A stretch of 63,973 nucleotides of DNA, filler included, from Reticulomyxa filosa (taxonomy: Eukaryota > Protista > Foraminifera): the NCBI GenBank assembly GCA_000512085.1. It is 15 parts of 15 records of this genome, joined end to end, with 100 filler letters (N's around TTAATTAATTAA, not from the genome) between each part and the next. Parts side by side here need not be neighbours in the genome. Positions count along the whole stretch, not along the records: positions 26,222 to 28,954 come from ASPP01010486.1; positions 29,055 to 30,213 come from ASPP01009524.1; positions 30,314 to 35,536 come from ASPP01016246.1; positions 35,637 to 38,249 come from ASPP01027256.1; positions 38,350 to 40,134 come from ASPP01010640.1; positions 40,235 to 54,405 come from ASPP01006876.1; 9 more parts are not named here. One strand, given 5' to 3'. Below the pieces are notes generated by a model, which did not search any database, was not told the origin of the DNA, and was given only the letters and a program-made list of their open reading frames with translations. The number at the start of each line of letters is the position of its first letter. Within the stretch, counting starts at the first letter, position 1. This document shows, in pieces, positions 27,743-40,279 of this stretch. Made by a program: the position numbers and the translations under genes.

Positions 27743-29734
27743 ATACATTGCATATCTCTTAATTTTTTTTTTTAAAAGTTACTGATGTTGTTGTAATCTT
27801 TAATAATCAATTTCCTTTTTTGCTTACGCCAATTAAAAAAGCAATCAAACTCTGAATGTTACTTCATAAATTGTTACATAATCTTTTTATAACATTGACA
27901 GAATATCGAAGTAAGTGAGTGATGATGACATCAAGAATAAATTAGCAAACTAAATCTTATTAAAGATACGCTCAATAAAAAAAAAGTTTGTGTCACAAAG
28001 ATTTTTCGTTCTCCCTTATTGATATGATAAACTTTTTTTTAATAAAAAAATTAATAATATACAAAATTTATAACATCCGTATTAAAATTTTTGTAAATAC
28101 TTCTACTACACGTCAAAAAGAACAGAAAAATATTGAACGAAAACTAACTCCAAAAAATGATCAAAAAGGAAATAAAACCAAAAATCTATCGTTTGTACTT
28201 TTATCACTTCAAATTAAGCACTAGTATTAAAACTCTAAGAACTGTTGGTGAAAAGATCAAGTGGAAGATCTTCCTAAAAAAAGAAAAGACTTAGTTGCAG
28301 CACAAACAAGCACACAAATCAGATTATCATCATTTAGATAGCACGTTCCAGACAAATAAAGAAAAGGTGATTGAATTATTGTCCAACCTTTATACATTAA
28401 ATGATAGAAGGCAATTCATTATCGCGTATGAAATTGATTGTGCAAATCATTTTAACCAGTTTTGTTTCAAATCGATACTTAGTATTTTTACTTTGACGTT
28501 TAAATTTGTTTAACAAAGTTGTTTTGTTTACAAAGCTCACAAACATCGACAAAGTGTTGTAATCCTTTGACTGTGACAACGATAAAGCATTTGATAGTTG
28601 ATGGAAATTAAAAATTATACTTAATGGAAACGAACAAAGAATTGTTTGGATATAAGTTTCGTTTTTATCCTTTTTTACGTATAATTTTTTTTAAATTATT
28701 AATAATTTTTGTTTTGAGTTGATTATTCAAAGGGCACTTGGGGACCAATATGAGGTGGTGTAGTATCTAATTTATAAATTAATTAAAATATACTGTGTGA
28801 TAAATAAATGCGGTTAAGTCAAGCTTCACTTTATTTACACATGTATATATTTTTATATTATATTTATATTATACAGTAGAATGCAAAGTAAAGTTGACAC
28901 CTAAAATGATACCTTATATAGATGATTGATTTTCTTCATGAAAAAACAACATTCNNNNNNNNNNNNNNNNNNNNNNNNNNNNNNNNNNNNNNNNNNNNTT
29001 AATTAATTAANNNNNNNNNNNNNNNNNNNNNNNNNNNNNNNNNNNNNNNNNNNNTCTATTGTCATCAGTGTGGTTTCCAATTTCGAAAGGATCATTGGGA
29101 TTCCAGAATCATTACTTCGCCTTATTCGTGGGGAACTTTTATTGACTGATTCCAATTCTTTTCTCCTTTTCCTTTGTCCCTCCAAACCCCTATCCTCTAC
29201 CTTCCCTTTTCCCTTCCCCTTCCTTTCCTTCCTCTCCTTCCTCCTCCCTTTTTCTCTTAAAAAAAAAAAAAAAGACATTCCCGTATTTTCAGCGGAGAGT
29301 TTTTTTTTTTGTTGTTGATTTGTTTGTATATAGCAAATTTTGTATTAAACAAGGAAATACAAAAATGAAAATATTTTTGTTTTTTTTTCTGTCTCTGCTT
29401 TTAAGTTTTTTTTTTTTCTCTCTTATCTTGTCAACTTTTTAAACAAGCTCTCTTTTATTTCTCACAGATTTCGTTTAATATATTTGCTTGTATAATAAAA
29501 ACTTTCGGCTATCTTTTAACAAGTTGAGTGGTATCATGCACAGCTTCTCCTTTTTTTTTCCCCTTTTGCTTATTGCAGCTGATATCATTCGTTTTTGAAA
29601 ATTGGAAAAGTGAGGAAGATTTAATACATAATTTTGCATAATGAATACGGTTTTTTGAAAAGTGTTAAAAAAAGGTAGAATTTTTTTTAAAAAAACGCTT
29701 GATTAATAAACGTTTGAAGCAAAAAAAAAAAACA

Positions 29735-30117
29735 TGATGTTATCACCGCTTGGTCTCAGTTGAGTGGGAAATCAATTTTGTGTGTGTATGTGTTTGAAAA
29801 GAGACGACAATTGACACAAAAAGGCAAGGAATCGAAACTGGTGATTCGATCAAGTTCTGGACTGCAACGACAAGTAATAATTGGAAAAGGGCGCTTTCAT
29901 CAACTTGTGAGAGGTGATCGATTGTATGGGAACGGGACATTGATAAGAAGTAAGCCAAATGGGAATTTTTGGTTTTCTCGACGCCGAGTAAGCGACCAAG
30001 GCAATAAGAAGCCAGGAGAGCCAGCGAACGAAAACCCAACAGTTTTCGGCTATACCGAGAGTGCTCACAAAGAGAATCGACTTTTGAGATACTACCGTTT
30101 TTCTGAACACATCCCAG
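29735..30117 (+). CDS. Hypothetical protein N-terminal exons, Arg/Ser-rich (possible organellar presequence), 3' truncated
   Basis: Open coding-like frame between T-rich intron-like segments. No recognisable domain. Confidence 0.35.
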
Positions 30118-30313
30118 GCATGTTCACTTTTTTTTTTATGAATGAGAGGTAAGGAGGGACAAATAGTAAGTGAGTGAGAGAACACAAAAAAACTAGGAAA
30201 GGGGGAGAGACCCNNNNNNNNNNNNNNNNNNNNNNNNNNNNNNNNNNNNNNNNNNNNTTAATTAATTAANNNNNNNNNNNNNNNNNNNNNNNNNNNNNNN
30301 NNNNNNNNNNNNN

Positions 30314-30344
<31 letters not shown>

Positions 30345-30348
<4 letters not shown>

Positions 30349-31005
30349 GCAATCAAAGACATAACAAATGAAAAAGACGTTGTATTGTCTGATAATACCA
30401 CGTACGACAACGCCGACTATATAATATGTGCAACTGGGTTTGAAATGAATTATCCTGTGTTGGGAAGGGATTTGATGTCAAAAATCTATAAACCCAGTCT
30501 GGTGCCTCATCGCTATTGGCTGTATTTGCTAACGTTTATTCCTGGCACGTTCCTGAAATCATTGGCGTTTGTTGGGTCCCAAGGGATTGCCATTTCCAAT
30601 GGCGTCATGTACGAGCTGCAATCGCGATTGATTGCCAAGTATTGGATGGATCGAATGGAATTGCGACATTGTACTACTCAACAACAGATTGAATGGATCG
30701 AACAAACTTTCCTTCATGGCAACACCGGCAAGAGCAATGATACTGGCTTCCCTTGCACTTACGCATTTTGCAATGAAATCGCTCAGATGCTACAAATTGC
30801 ACCCAATGCCATTGACGACCCTTTCCTTCACGCACACTTGGCCAAATCTCAGGTTGTTGCCCCTGAAATGTATAGGCTGGTGGGGGAAAACGCTAATCCA
30901 AAAGCGGCAGAAGTTCTGAAGTGGAAACTTCGTTTGGATTGTCAAGAAAAAGAAGAACACATCTATTTGCACAAAAAAATCTCTTTGGCAGCCAAACCTC
31001 TTTGA
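30345..31005 (+). CDS. Flavin-containing monooxygenase (FMO), C-terminal exon
   Basis: ADYIICATGF, LAFVG, ELQSRLIAKYW and YRLVG motifs of class B flavin monooxygenases. Confidence 0.8.
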
Positions 31006-31357
31006 ATTTTCCTTGGTATTTTTTTAAAAAAAAGAAAACAACAATAATAAAGGAATTTCAATTTGTGTTAAAAAAAAAAAAAAAAAATTGCTGTCTTTAA
31101 CAATTAGTTTATTTTCTTCTCAATTTAATCGTGTTTGCATTTCTGTTTCTCTTCTTTTCCGCTCCTCGATAAACAGATCAAATGCTCCATTAAAATTCCT
31201 GCTTTGTTATAAATACAATGTTTGTGTCAGCTGCAATCTTACTCCTAGAACAAAAGAAGCTCTTTGTTTGTTTGACCCTCAAAATCGAACCCAAACAAAA
31301 AGACTTTTTCTTGACAAAGTTTTGCAATTGCGCTGGCAGTGGAAAATATTTGAGTAA

Positions 31358-33077
31358 ATGGACGTAATTGATGTTACTGCTTTTGATAAAACGGTATGTT
31401 ATTCCTCCAGCACAACGAAACGTCGGATGGGCAAGTGGACAATCGAAGAAACGATAGGCAAAGGAGGATTTTCCTGGTGTGAATAGGGACAAAAAAAGTG
31501 TGCATTGTTTTTGTTTTTTTTAAAAGAGTTAATTCATTTGGTCTCTATGTTCCTCGAATTGTCTTTTCCCACTGTGATAGGGTGAAAAAGGGCTATGACA
31601 AAGAAGTGGGCAGCCATGTGGCCTTGAAACTGATAGAATTACAAAAAACTAAAACCAGCGAATGGAATGAAAAAGTTCAGTGTGATAGTTTTAGGTTGTG
31701 ATCAATAGTGTTCCAACCTAGACGTGGGTTTTTTTTTTTTTTTTGGTGGCATCAATCTTTTGTCTAAATAAACTAAATGAAGCAACTTCGCCAAGTAAAA
31801 ACAGAAATTGAGGCTTTGAAATGTGTGAACCATAAAAATGTCATCAAATTGATAGCATACAACTCGCACGTGAAGTATACTCACAAAGTTGGTACAGGTT
31901 TTATTTTTGACGTTTTTTTTTTTTTTACATCTCTCCCAAGGGTTGGAATTAAGAAAAAAAAAAAAAAAAAAAAAAGTGTTTTAAGAGAGTAGAACAAGAC
32001 CAGTACATAAAGTATACGTTAAGAAAAATATTTTAAAAAACCTGATGTCCGACAGAACGACAAAGTACGAGACGTAACGCTATTGGTGTTGGAACATATG
32101 CCAGGAGGCCAGCTGCTTGACTTGTTATATCTTTCGTCAAAGGTGAACGAGACAGTAGCAAGGAGTTACTTTAGACAGTTGATTGAAGGCTTGGAAGCAT
32201 GTCATCAAGCAATGATTATTCACCGGGATATAAAGCCACCAAATTTACTGTTAGACAGACAATTTGGCTTGAAGGTTTGTTGGTTATGTATGATTTGCCA
32301 TTATTGTCGATTGATAAGTAATTTAGGACAAAAAAAAAAAAAAAGAAAAGAGCGAGAGAGAGAAAATAAGAATAAAGTGATTTTCATAAATAAATAATAA
32401 TATAAAAAAAAAATTGTTATTTGTCTGTTTTATTGGCCTTGGGTTTACCAAAACAAAGATAACAGATTTTGGATTAGCTAAGATCATTCGATCAGATAAC
32501 GATGTACTAATGAATACGTATAACATTGGAACTAGAGGGTATCAAGCACCGGAAGTGTTGCTACGACTTCCTTACACGATGGCCTGTGATGTCTTTTCAG
32601 CTGGTTTGTGCTGTTTGTTTTACTAACCGGAAGTTGAGTTCTTCTTTTTCTGTTTGTTTTTTTTTTTTTTTTGGCTGGCCATGGGTAGTTTATTTGAGCA
32701 TGTGCCAGTTTTGTACGTCGTAAAAAAAAGGAGCGCACATACAAACTTGCAAAGGCCCTCCGTTTTCACAAGCTCTGGTTACGGATTTGTTATATAAACA
32801 CTTTGTGACTAATGACTATAAACAATTTTGGATGGCTCATAATCCGTGCGGCATGAGCAAGTTGGCCATGGATTTGATTACTCGTATGCTCCTGTTTAAC
32901 CCGGACAAACGTATTAGTTTGTCCAAAATAAAGAAGCATCCGTGGTACAATCAGGACATTATTCAGTTGATGTGGAAGGCAAAAACTGTTTCTAGATCGA
33001 AGGATGTGACAAAAAAAAAAAAAAAAAGGGATGAAAAGAGAGAGAATCAACATTAATTTTTTAAAAAATACATACAC

Positions 33078-33116
<39 letters not shown>

Positions 33117-33864
33117 ATTAAAGACAATCACGCTTGCACTCATTAATTCGATTACGACATATCCAAATGGAATTAGCTCGTTCAAACAATTTTATGCAAT
33201 CGAATATTCCAAAAGATGACATTTTGGAAGACGTTTTTTCTAACAAAGCTGCGATTCATGCATCCTTACAATTGCACCTAGATACCACAAACCAAAGCAT
33301 AACCAGTGAGGCACCCAAATTGTCTGCAACCGATTGTATTGGAATGTTGGATAATTTTACTCAAGTCCCTGGCTTAGTCGTCTTAAATTCGTTTTTGTTT
33401 GCACTTACCAAAATCGCTTCCAAAATTCAACCAATTTTGAACATTTCACAGTTTCGTTGTGTTTCTTGCAACACAGTACACTTTCTTTGTTTCAATTTAC
33501 GTAGAGTAGTACTGACAATTTTTTTTTAAATTTTATCTTATCATTGTTTTGTATTGGTTGGTTGGGGGGGGGGGGGGGGGGTTGAAAAAAAAAAAAAAAG
33601 ATAAAAGTGAAAGCGATGGTAAAGCATGTGAACACTAAAGGTACGGTTAAAATCTTAATCACTGTGCGTCGATGTGACGAATTTGCGTGCAATGTTGTGC
33701 AGTATTATCGCTTACATGGTGGAACCATGCATTTCCGACATATCTTGCGGCACTTGCAAGAAACCTCGGGCAACGTACTTACTGGCTTGCCTGCAAAGCA
33801 TCAGACCATTCTCAATGATGAAAACATGAAACTACTTCAAAATTATTTTCCTGCTTGCCGATGA
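31358..33864 (+). CDS. CAMK-group Ser/Thr protein kinase with C-terminal extension (KA1-like), multi-exon
   Basis: IGKGGFS, VALK, HRDIKPPNLL, DFG, GTRGYQAPE, DVFSAG, KHPWY across exons. Confidence 0.9.
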
Positions 33865-34587
33865 CATATTGCAATTGGATGTTTTTTTTTTTTTTTTGGG
33901 ATACTCAAACTACTCAACAATTTCTTGAAGTAATATTTTTTTTTGTTTGGTCATTTTTCTATTTTTTATTTTTATTTTTATTTTTTTGTTGATGTGGGCA
34001 CTCTTGTAATGCCATTATATACGTCTCTTTTTTAATTATCATTGTTATTGAAGCAAAGGCTTTTTTGTTCGCTTTTTTTGAGAGTGTTGTTTGCTTGTTC
34101 TTTCCATCTCGAATGGGTTGTTATGTTCCAATGGGTTGTAGTAACAACGACGGAAACAGTACCTATTGTTATTATTTTCTTCTTTTGAGTGTTGTCTCTG
34201 GTTACGATTTTGAACAGATGGTGAACTGTGGTGGGTGGTAAGGAATTGTTGTTGTTATTTCTTTTTTTTAAATCGGTGGTTTATAGAAGAAATTTTCATG
34301 TTCGTGTTGAAAAATGCTCGTGTGTGTGGACTCTGATACGTAAACATTTTGGTTTTACAATTGTGACATAGAAGTGTGTCATGTTGATGACTTTTTCTCG
34401 GATTTTTTTTGCAAGACCTCCATTTAAAAAAATTCAAATCAAAGCACACCTAAAGCTGACCTAAAATACTGCACAATAAAATGATAAAGTAAGAAAAAAT
34501 TGCTTAATTTGTCAGTATCTTTAGTTTGGTTCGTTTGTTGAAGAGTGCAAAGGGGACCACAAGTCAACCAAAAAAAAAATAATATAG

Positions 34588-35499
34588 ATGGCATTGCTAT
34601 TTTCTCAAAACAGTTCGGCGTTGGAATGGTTTACTGGTGTGTATTTCATTTTTCAACTTGTAGTGATTGCTCCTTGGAATGTGTATAGTTATTATCGTTT
34701 ACAGCGTTCTCGCGACGTTTACGTGCAGATGAAAACATCATTGTTGCGAAGTGTAATTTTGTATTTGATATTGTTTGATAGTTGGGTGAATACTCCACTG
34801 ATATTGCTTCAATGGGGTACGCAAGGGCTAGGCCATAAAAACTACAACGCAGTATACGTAGTTAGTTTGGTCTACATATTGTGTTATTGGAACTTGGTCA
34901 TAGTATTGGTGAACAGTCATAGTTTTACTTACTTTTACAAATTTGCAATTGGAGATTATCTAAGCAAGCAAGAATTGAATCAAACATTATCACAAGCCAA
35001 TGTTCAGTCCACTGGAAATTGGTACATCAAGCATAAGTCTTTGTATGGACATTTCCTCAAATGGTGTATTCTTTGTGTCATTCTTTCACTATTGCGTGGC
35101 CTCGTCGCATTGTTGAGTATCATTTTTTTTTTTTTTTAAAAAAAAAAAAGTATATATGCAATATATATATATATATATATACATGTATGTATGTATACGT
35201 GCTGTATGCATATACGTGTACATGTTGATAGAGGAATAGCGACGTGGGTAGATGATTTAGTATGGACGTTGGTTTGGTACTTAATATGGGAGGTGCTTTA
35301 TGCGATAAGCGGAGTAAAGTTATTTAGCAACGTGCAAAGAATATTCGATGTGCTTTTTGTGCGTTTTGAATTGCAGATGCTGTTGAGCTGGACATGGATA
35401 TTGTTACTGGTCCAAATTATCAATGCAGTCCTTACGTTTGCAAAGGTCTATTCACATCCTGTAGCTATGGTCGTCGAAATGGTTTTGCATTCGTTTCGT

Positions 35500-35536
<37 letters not shown>
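34588..35536 (+). CDS. Multi-pass membrane protein (GPCR-like topology possible), 3' truncated
   Basis: About 6-7 hydrophobic segments over two exons. No family motif recognised. Confidence 0.55.
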
Positions 35537-35699
35537 NNNNNNNNNNNNNNNNNNNNNNNNNNNNNNNNNNNNNNNNNNNNTTAATTAATTAANNNNNNNN
35601 NNNNNNNNNNNNNNNNNNNNNNNNNNNNNNNNNNNNCAGTGTTCATTGCATAAAGCACAAATAAATGTGATATCGCAAATAACCGAAATGCCGGAAAGA

Positions 35700-36435
35700 A
35701 ATCATTGATGTTTGGCTATTTCACAATATTTGTTACTTGGCCCTCCCGTAAATCGTAATTCCGCTCCTTCTTTGATGCTGTGCTATCCTGTGTAGAGTTA
35801 CATTGACTTATTGAATTCCATTTGAACTGCACCCTACTGTTTTCGTTGAAGGATAATCATCCGCAGAGACTTGCTTGTATGCATAGACAAGTCTTTCCAA
35901 TGATTCGGGTGACACTGTCTTGATATTATTGCCACACTCGTCCAGAAATTCCATTGAGGGGTGCACTATGTAAGTTCGTCAATATTTGCGAACGCGCAAA
36001 ACCGCCACTCGTGCTCATAACGAGCAATTTCATAATTAAACGCAGAAAAAGCCTACAAACTTTTTTTTTAAAGAAAACAAAAACAAATCCAACGCGGTAT
36101 AGCCTCCGGATTCTTGAAATGTCCTTTCTTTGCTTCTTCTTCTCCTTTGTTTGCCAGTGATCTTGGCTTCGTTTCGTATAATTCCTGGCCACTCGCACAT
36201 AGCAACTCTTGCTCACCCACTAGTGTTAATATTTTTTAATAATGTTCTCGTCATTCTATTCATTGTCTTCTATTTCTTCGATCCATCCAATCGCTGCCAT
36301 TTTGCGCAAGATCATCACACGTCTTCGTTTTCATTTATCTTGGCAAGTTTGATTTTGTGGTCATGAGCACCAAGATCCAGTTTGTCCTAGATTAATCTGA
36401 TAGAGCTTGTCCAATTATTCCAACTCTATCACCGA
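35700..36435 (-). pseudogene. Degenerate copy A of a duplicated gene relic
   Basis: Aligns by eye with 37050-37795. Minus-strand peptides SMEFLDECGN and ELRFTG are interrupted by stops and frameshifts. Confidence 0.55.
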
Positions 36436-37049
36436 AGCCAATTCAGAGACAATCTAGTAAAAATAATCAGCGAGGCTCTTGAGGCAACCATAAACTAGCG
36501 CCAATATCCAAAACAATGACTTGTTCTTGTTCGTCGGCGGTCGGAGGTTGTCTTGCTGTTCTGATTCTGATCTTGCTATTTTATTAGCTCTTTCTTTCGG
36601 CGCCGTTAGAATTGGATGACGTACGACCATCACTGTTCCCACTGTTTGAGCCCATAGAGGATCTGCGTCTTGGCTGTGCTTGTTGTTGTTGTTGAACGTT
36701 CGCTGTCACATTTCAAAAATAGAGACAGCATTGTCAACAAAAATTCACTTACGATCACTACCATTGATATGAAGTCAGCAAAATCAGGCAGCGCTTTTCC
36801 CGTTACGCAAGATATCAGGTACATACCACAAACAGCTCACAAAATCCGATTACCGCTACCAACCAGTTTCGCTTTATTGCCGCATCTGTCTATATATACA
36901 CGTATACATTATTGTTTTTTTATTTTAATAAAAAAGATCCCAAGTTGTGAATAGGTATGAACACACGTGTAAATTGTCGGTTTGTGTGATGTGTTCATTG
37001 TATACAGCATAAATGAATATGGGATCGCAAATAAATAAAATTTCATACT

Positions 37050-37795
37050 ATTTTTTTTTGGTATTTCACAAGACTTGCTGTGCTTAGCGCCGGTAAATCG
37101 CAATTCCACTTTCTTTGATTCTGTGTCATCCTATGTAAAGTTAGGTGACAGACTGAATACCATTAAAATTGCTACTACTGTTGTTGAAAAACCATCCGCA
37201 GAGACTCGTATATTCATATATTGATTGCGAACAAGTCCTTCCAGTGATTCAGGTAGGCTGCCACTTTCTTGATGTTGCCACACTCGTCCTGTAGTTCCAT
37301 TGAGGCGATCTATGAGAAGTTATGCCATCTTAGAACACGAAAAATCGCCATTTGTATACGTAAAGAAAATTCCATAATTATACGCAGCAAAGCCTAGAAG
37401 CATTTTTTTTTAAAAAAAACAAACAAAAATCGACGCAGTATCCTGGACTATCGTGACCCACTTTCTCAACGTCTTCATCTTACTTTTTTCAGTATCTTGG
37501 CTTGAGTTTCGCACGGTACTCCAACAAAATGAGCCAATCTCATATAGAGAGTTCTTCGAACGTCGTGATTTGCCTACCGATGTTACCACTTTCTAAGAAC
37601 ATCATTGTCATCTCTTTCGTTCAATATAATCGCTGCTGCCTAATATCGACATCGCTACCACTTTACCAAGATAAAGAAAACGAAGACTTGATATCTCGCG
37701 CAGTCTTGATTTTGTGTTAAATCAGCACCAAGATCAGTGTTGTCCAGATTGATTCGATAGAATCTTTTCCAACTATTCCAACGTTATCACCAATT
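37050..37795 (-). pseudogene. Degenerate copy B of the same relic
   Basis: Shared blocks gccacactcgtcc, ccgcagagact and agcaccaagatc at ~1.35-kb offset. Peptides SMELQDECGN and ELRFTG. Confidence 0.55.
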
Positions 37796-38430
37796 TTTAC
37801 AAATACAAAGTCCATCGCTCTAGTCTCCATTGTGATCAGGAACACACATTGACATTATCGAATGCAAAGATATCATTGACTAGATCATTTCCAATAATAA
37901 TCATTACCCAACGTTTGGTACTATCACCAATAAATTCTATCTTCTTCTTTCTTGAGTGCCATGATTCAAACGTATTTTTGATTGCTCCAACGATCACTAT
38001 GCGATTTACCAATTCAAAACTGATCTGCTCGAGCCCAAACGAATATAATTTTGCATCGTATCCATGAGTCGTCCTTCGATCAATGATAATCACACAAACA
38101 CTCAATCCAACAACAAACCAACTCTTAACGACTTCTTCCTTGCCAGTTTGCCACTTCGATCAGACTTTCTTGATCGTTGCAACAATAAAATTAGCGCCTA
38201 GCGCTTTTGCGGGATATTTTCCCGTCTTTTTTTCTACACTTTCCCCCCCNNNNNNNNNNNNNNNNNNNNNNNNNNNNNNNNNNNNNNNNNNNNTTAATTA
38301 ATTAANNNNNNNNNNNNNNNNNNNNNNNNNNNNNNNNNNNNNNNNNNNNATGAAAGAGTATTGCTATAATTTTAAGCATAGTTTTTTTAAAATTTATTTT
38401 TTTTTTTTAAAAAAAAGGGGTGACGAAAAG

Positions 38431-38658
38431 TTAGAATTGAAGGCTCTCATTACATTCAATTGCATTCATATCTTTCACATCCAAGTCCACAGGAATACCC
38501 GATTTTTTACATTCGTCTATCGCTGCAATCTCTTGAACCAGCTTCGTCAAGTCGCTGTTGAATTTTTGCACCTCCCAACCCAAACTCAACGCGTCGCAAT
38601 ACAACTTCACTCCTGACGAACCCTGACTTTCCACTTCGAAATCTATGCTGAATGCCAT
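38431..38658 (-). CDS. Hypothetical protein, first exon
   Basis: ATG-initiated, coding-like GC, runs into a T/A-rich intron and the contig end. Confidence 0.45.
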   Translation of the reverse strand: MAFSIDFEVESQGSSGVKLYCDALSLGWEVQKFNSDLTKLVQEIAAIDECKKSGIPVDLDVKDMNAIECNESLQF

Positions 38659-39479
38659 CTTTCGCTCTTCTCACTGCAGATCCAAGCTCTCAAACACGCT
38701 TTGCAACAAAATAGTTCCAACAAACCACAAAGGAAAAGATGCGCCAAAGGGGGATAAAAATCAAAAAATGGATTTTTTTTTGGAATTGAACTTCTTTTTT
38801 CAAACGTGTTGTTTGAAACATCGCTTTTACTTTGGTAAAAAAGTGGAAAAGAGAATATAAGTTGATATATAGCAAGCCTGTTTAATGTTTAATTTGGTAT
38901 GTCGTGTACGGACATATTAGTTAAGTCATTTGAGAAAATTATGCTATGTTGTTTTACATTTAGAATCGCTTGGTTTTAAGAGTATGTCTTGTACATTTTT
39001 TTTGGGCTAATCGATGTCGTATTTCTTACAGAGCGTTTTTCTAAACTTAGAAAAACTTAAATATGTAACTAACAATAAAAATATTCATCCTGTAAGATTC
39101 TAAGATGCAAAACCTGCAGAAAGGCATATTTTAAAATGTAATAGATTTTTCTTTCTGCGCACAATGTGCTGAAGTGCATTATCTTTGCGAATAAATTTAC
39201 GATTGCAGAATGTATGTCCATTGAAAAAATATTTTATTACTATGATATTGTGGCATTAAAAAGAAAAAAGCACATGTTGATTTGCTTGCAGCACAACTTC
39301 TATCACTTTTCTGTTTATTTTGTATTGACATAATATGTGCTACATACTTTCGGAATTATGGCAGTTATCAAAATTTTTTCTTTTGACCGGTCAGGTCTTT
39401 ACTTTTTTTTGTGCTGTGTACTACAACTTTTGGAAGTTGTATTAATTTTTTTTGAGATTGAGTTATAAAAACATAGAAC

Positions 39480-39849
39480 ATGGCAGTAAAACTTGCAGAA
39501 TCCATTTCTACAGTATCAGACGAATCCCTCGTGTGGGGTCGACTATTGCCAACATCCAAGCACTATCCGTCGTTCGAACTGTCAAGAGTTGAGGTTAAGT
39601 TTGGTCGCGACAAACAGCAAGTGGACTTTGAACTAAGCGTGCCTCAAATCTCTTGCGTGCATTGCAGTATCCGTCGCGTGACAGATGACAAAAACGTGAC
39701 ATATTGCCAAGTGACTGACCACAGTGCCAATGGAACTTTTGTGAACACGACCAAAATTGGCAAGGGTAATCAATCGAACATGTTTGATGGCGACGAGTTA
39801 ATATTTATCCAGCCGTCCAAAAAAAGCGCAAAGACTGAAAAAAAACGAG
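39480..39849 (+). CDS. FHA-domain protein (CHFR/Chk2-type FHA), first exon, 3' truncated
   Basis: WGRL, FGR, ISCVHC, DHSANGTFVN and DGDEL are the canonical FHA motifs. Confidence 0.85.
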
Positions 39850-40279
39850 GTGCATTTCTGTGTGTGTGTGTGTGAGCAGCTCTTTTGTTTTTTTTCCCCC
39901 AAGAATGGAGAGAAAGAGGGGGAAGGAAACAAAACAAAAAAAAAAAGATGGAGAGGAATAGAGACATTTTTTTAAAAAAAAAGTTTTTGTTTCCATCAGT
40001 TTCGTATTACATTTCAGAATTTTCGGACTTTGAAAAATTTTTATTTATTTTTTAAAAATGTTTGTTTGCATTTTGGACAAGGAGGAAGGCAAGGGGGGGG
40101 GGGGGGGGGGGAAAAAAAAAAAAAAAAAAAAAAANNNNNNNNNNNNNNNNNNNNNNNNNNNNNNNNNNNNNNNNNNNNTTAATTAATTAANNNNNNNNNN
40201 NNNNNNNNNNNNNNNNNNNNNNNNNNNNNNNNNNTATATATATATATTATATGTATATATTATTGTTTTTTCTCATTCT

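Noticed and set aside
31394-31410. Apparent 17-nt mini-intron (gtatg...ccag) in the kinase
   Set aside because: The frame reads through without splicing, and removing it would shift the frame.
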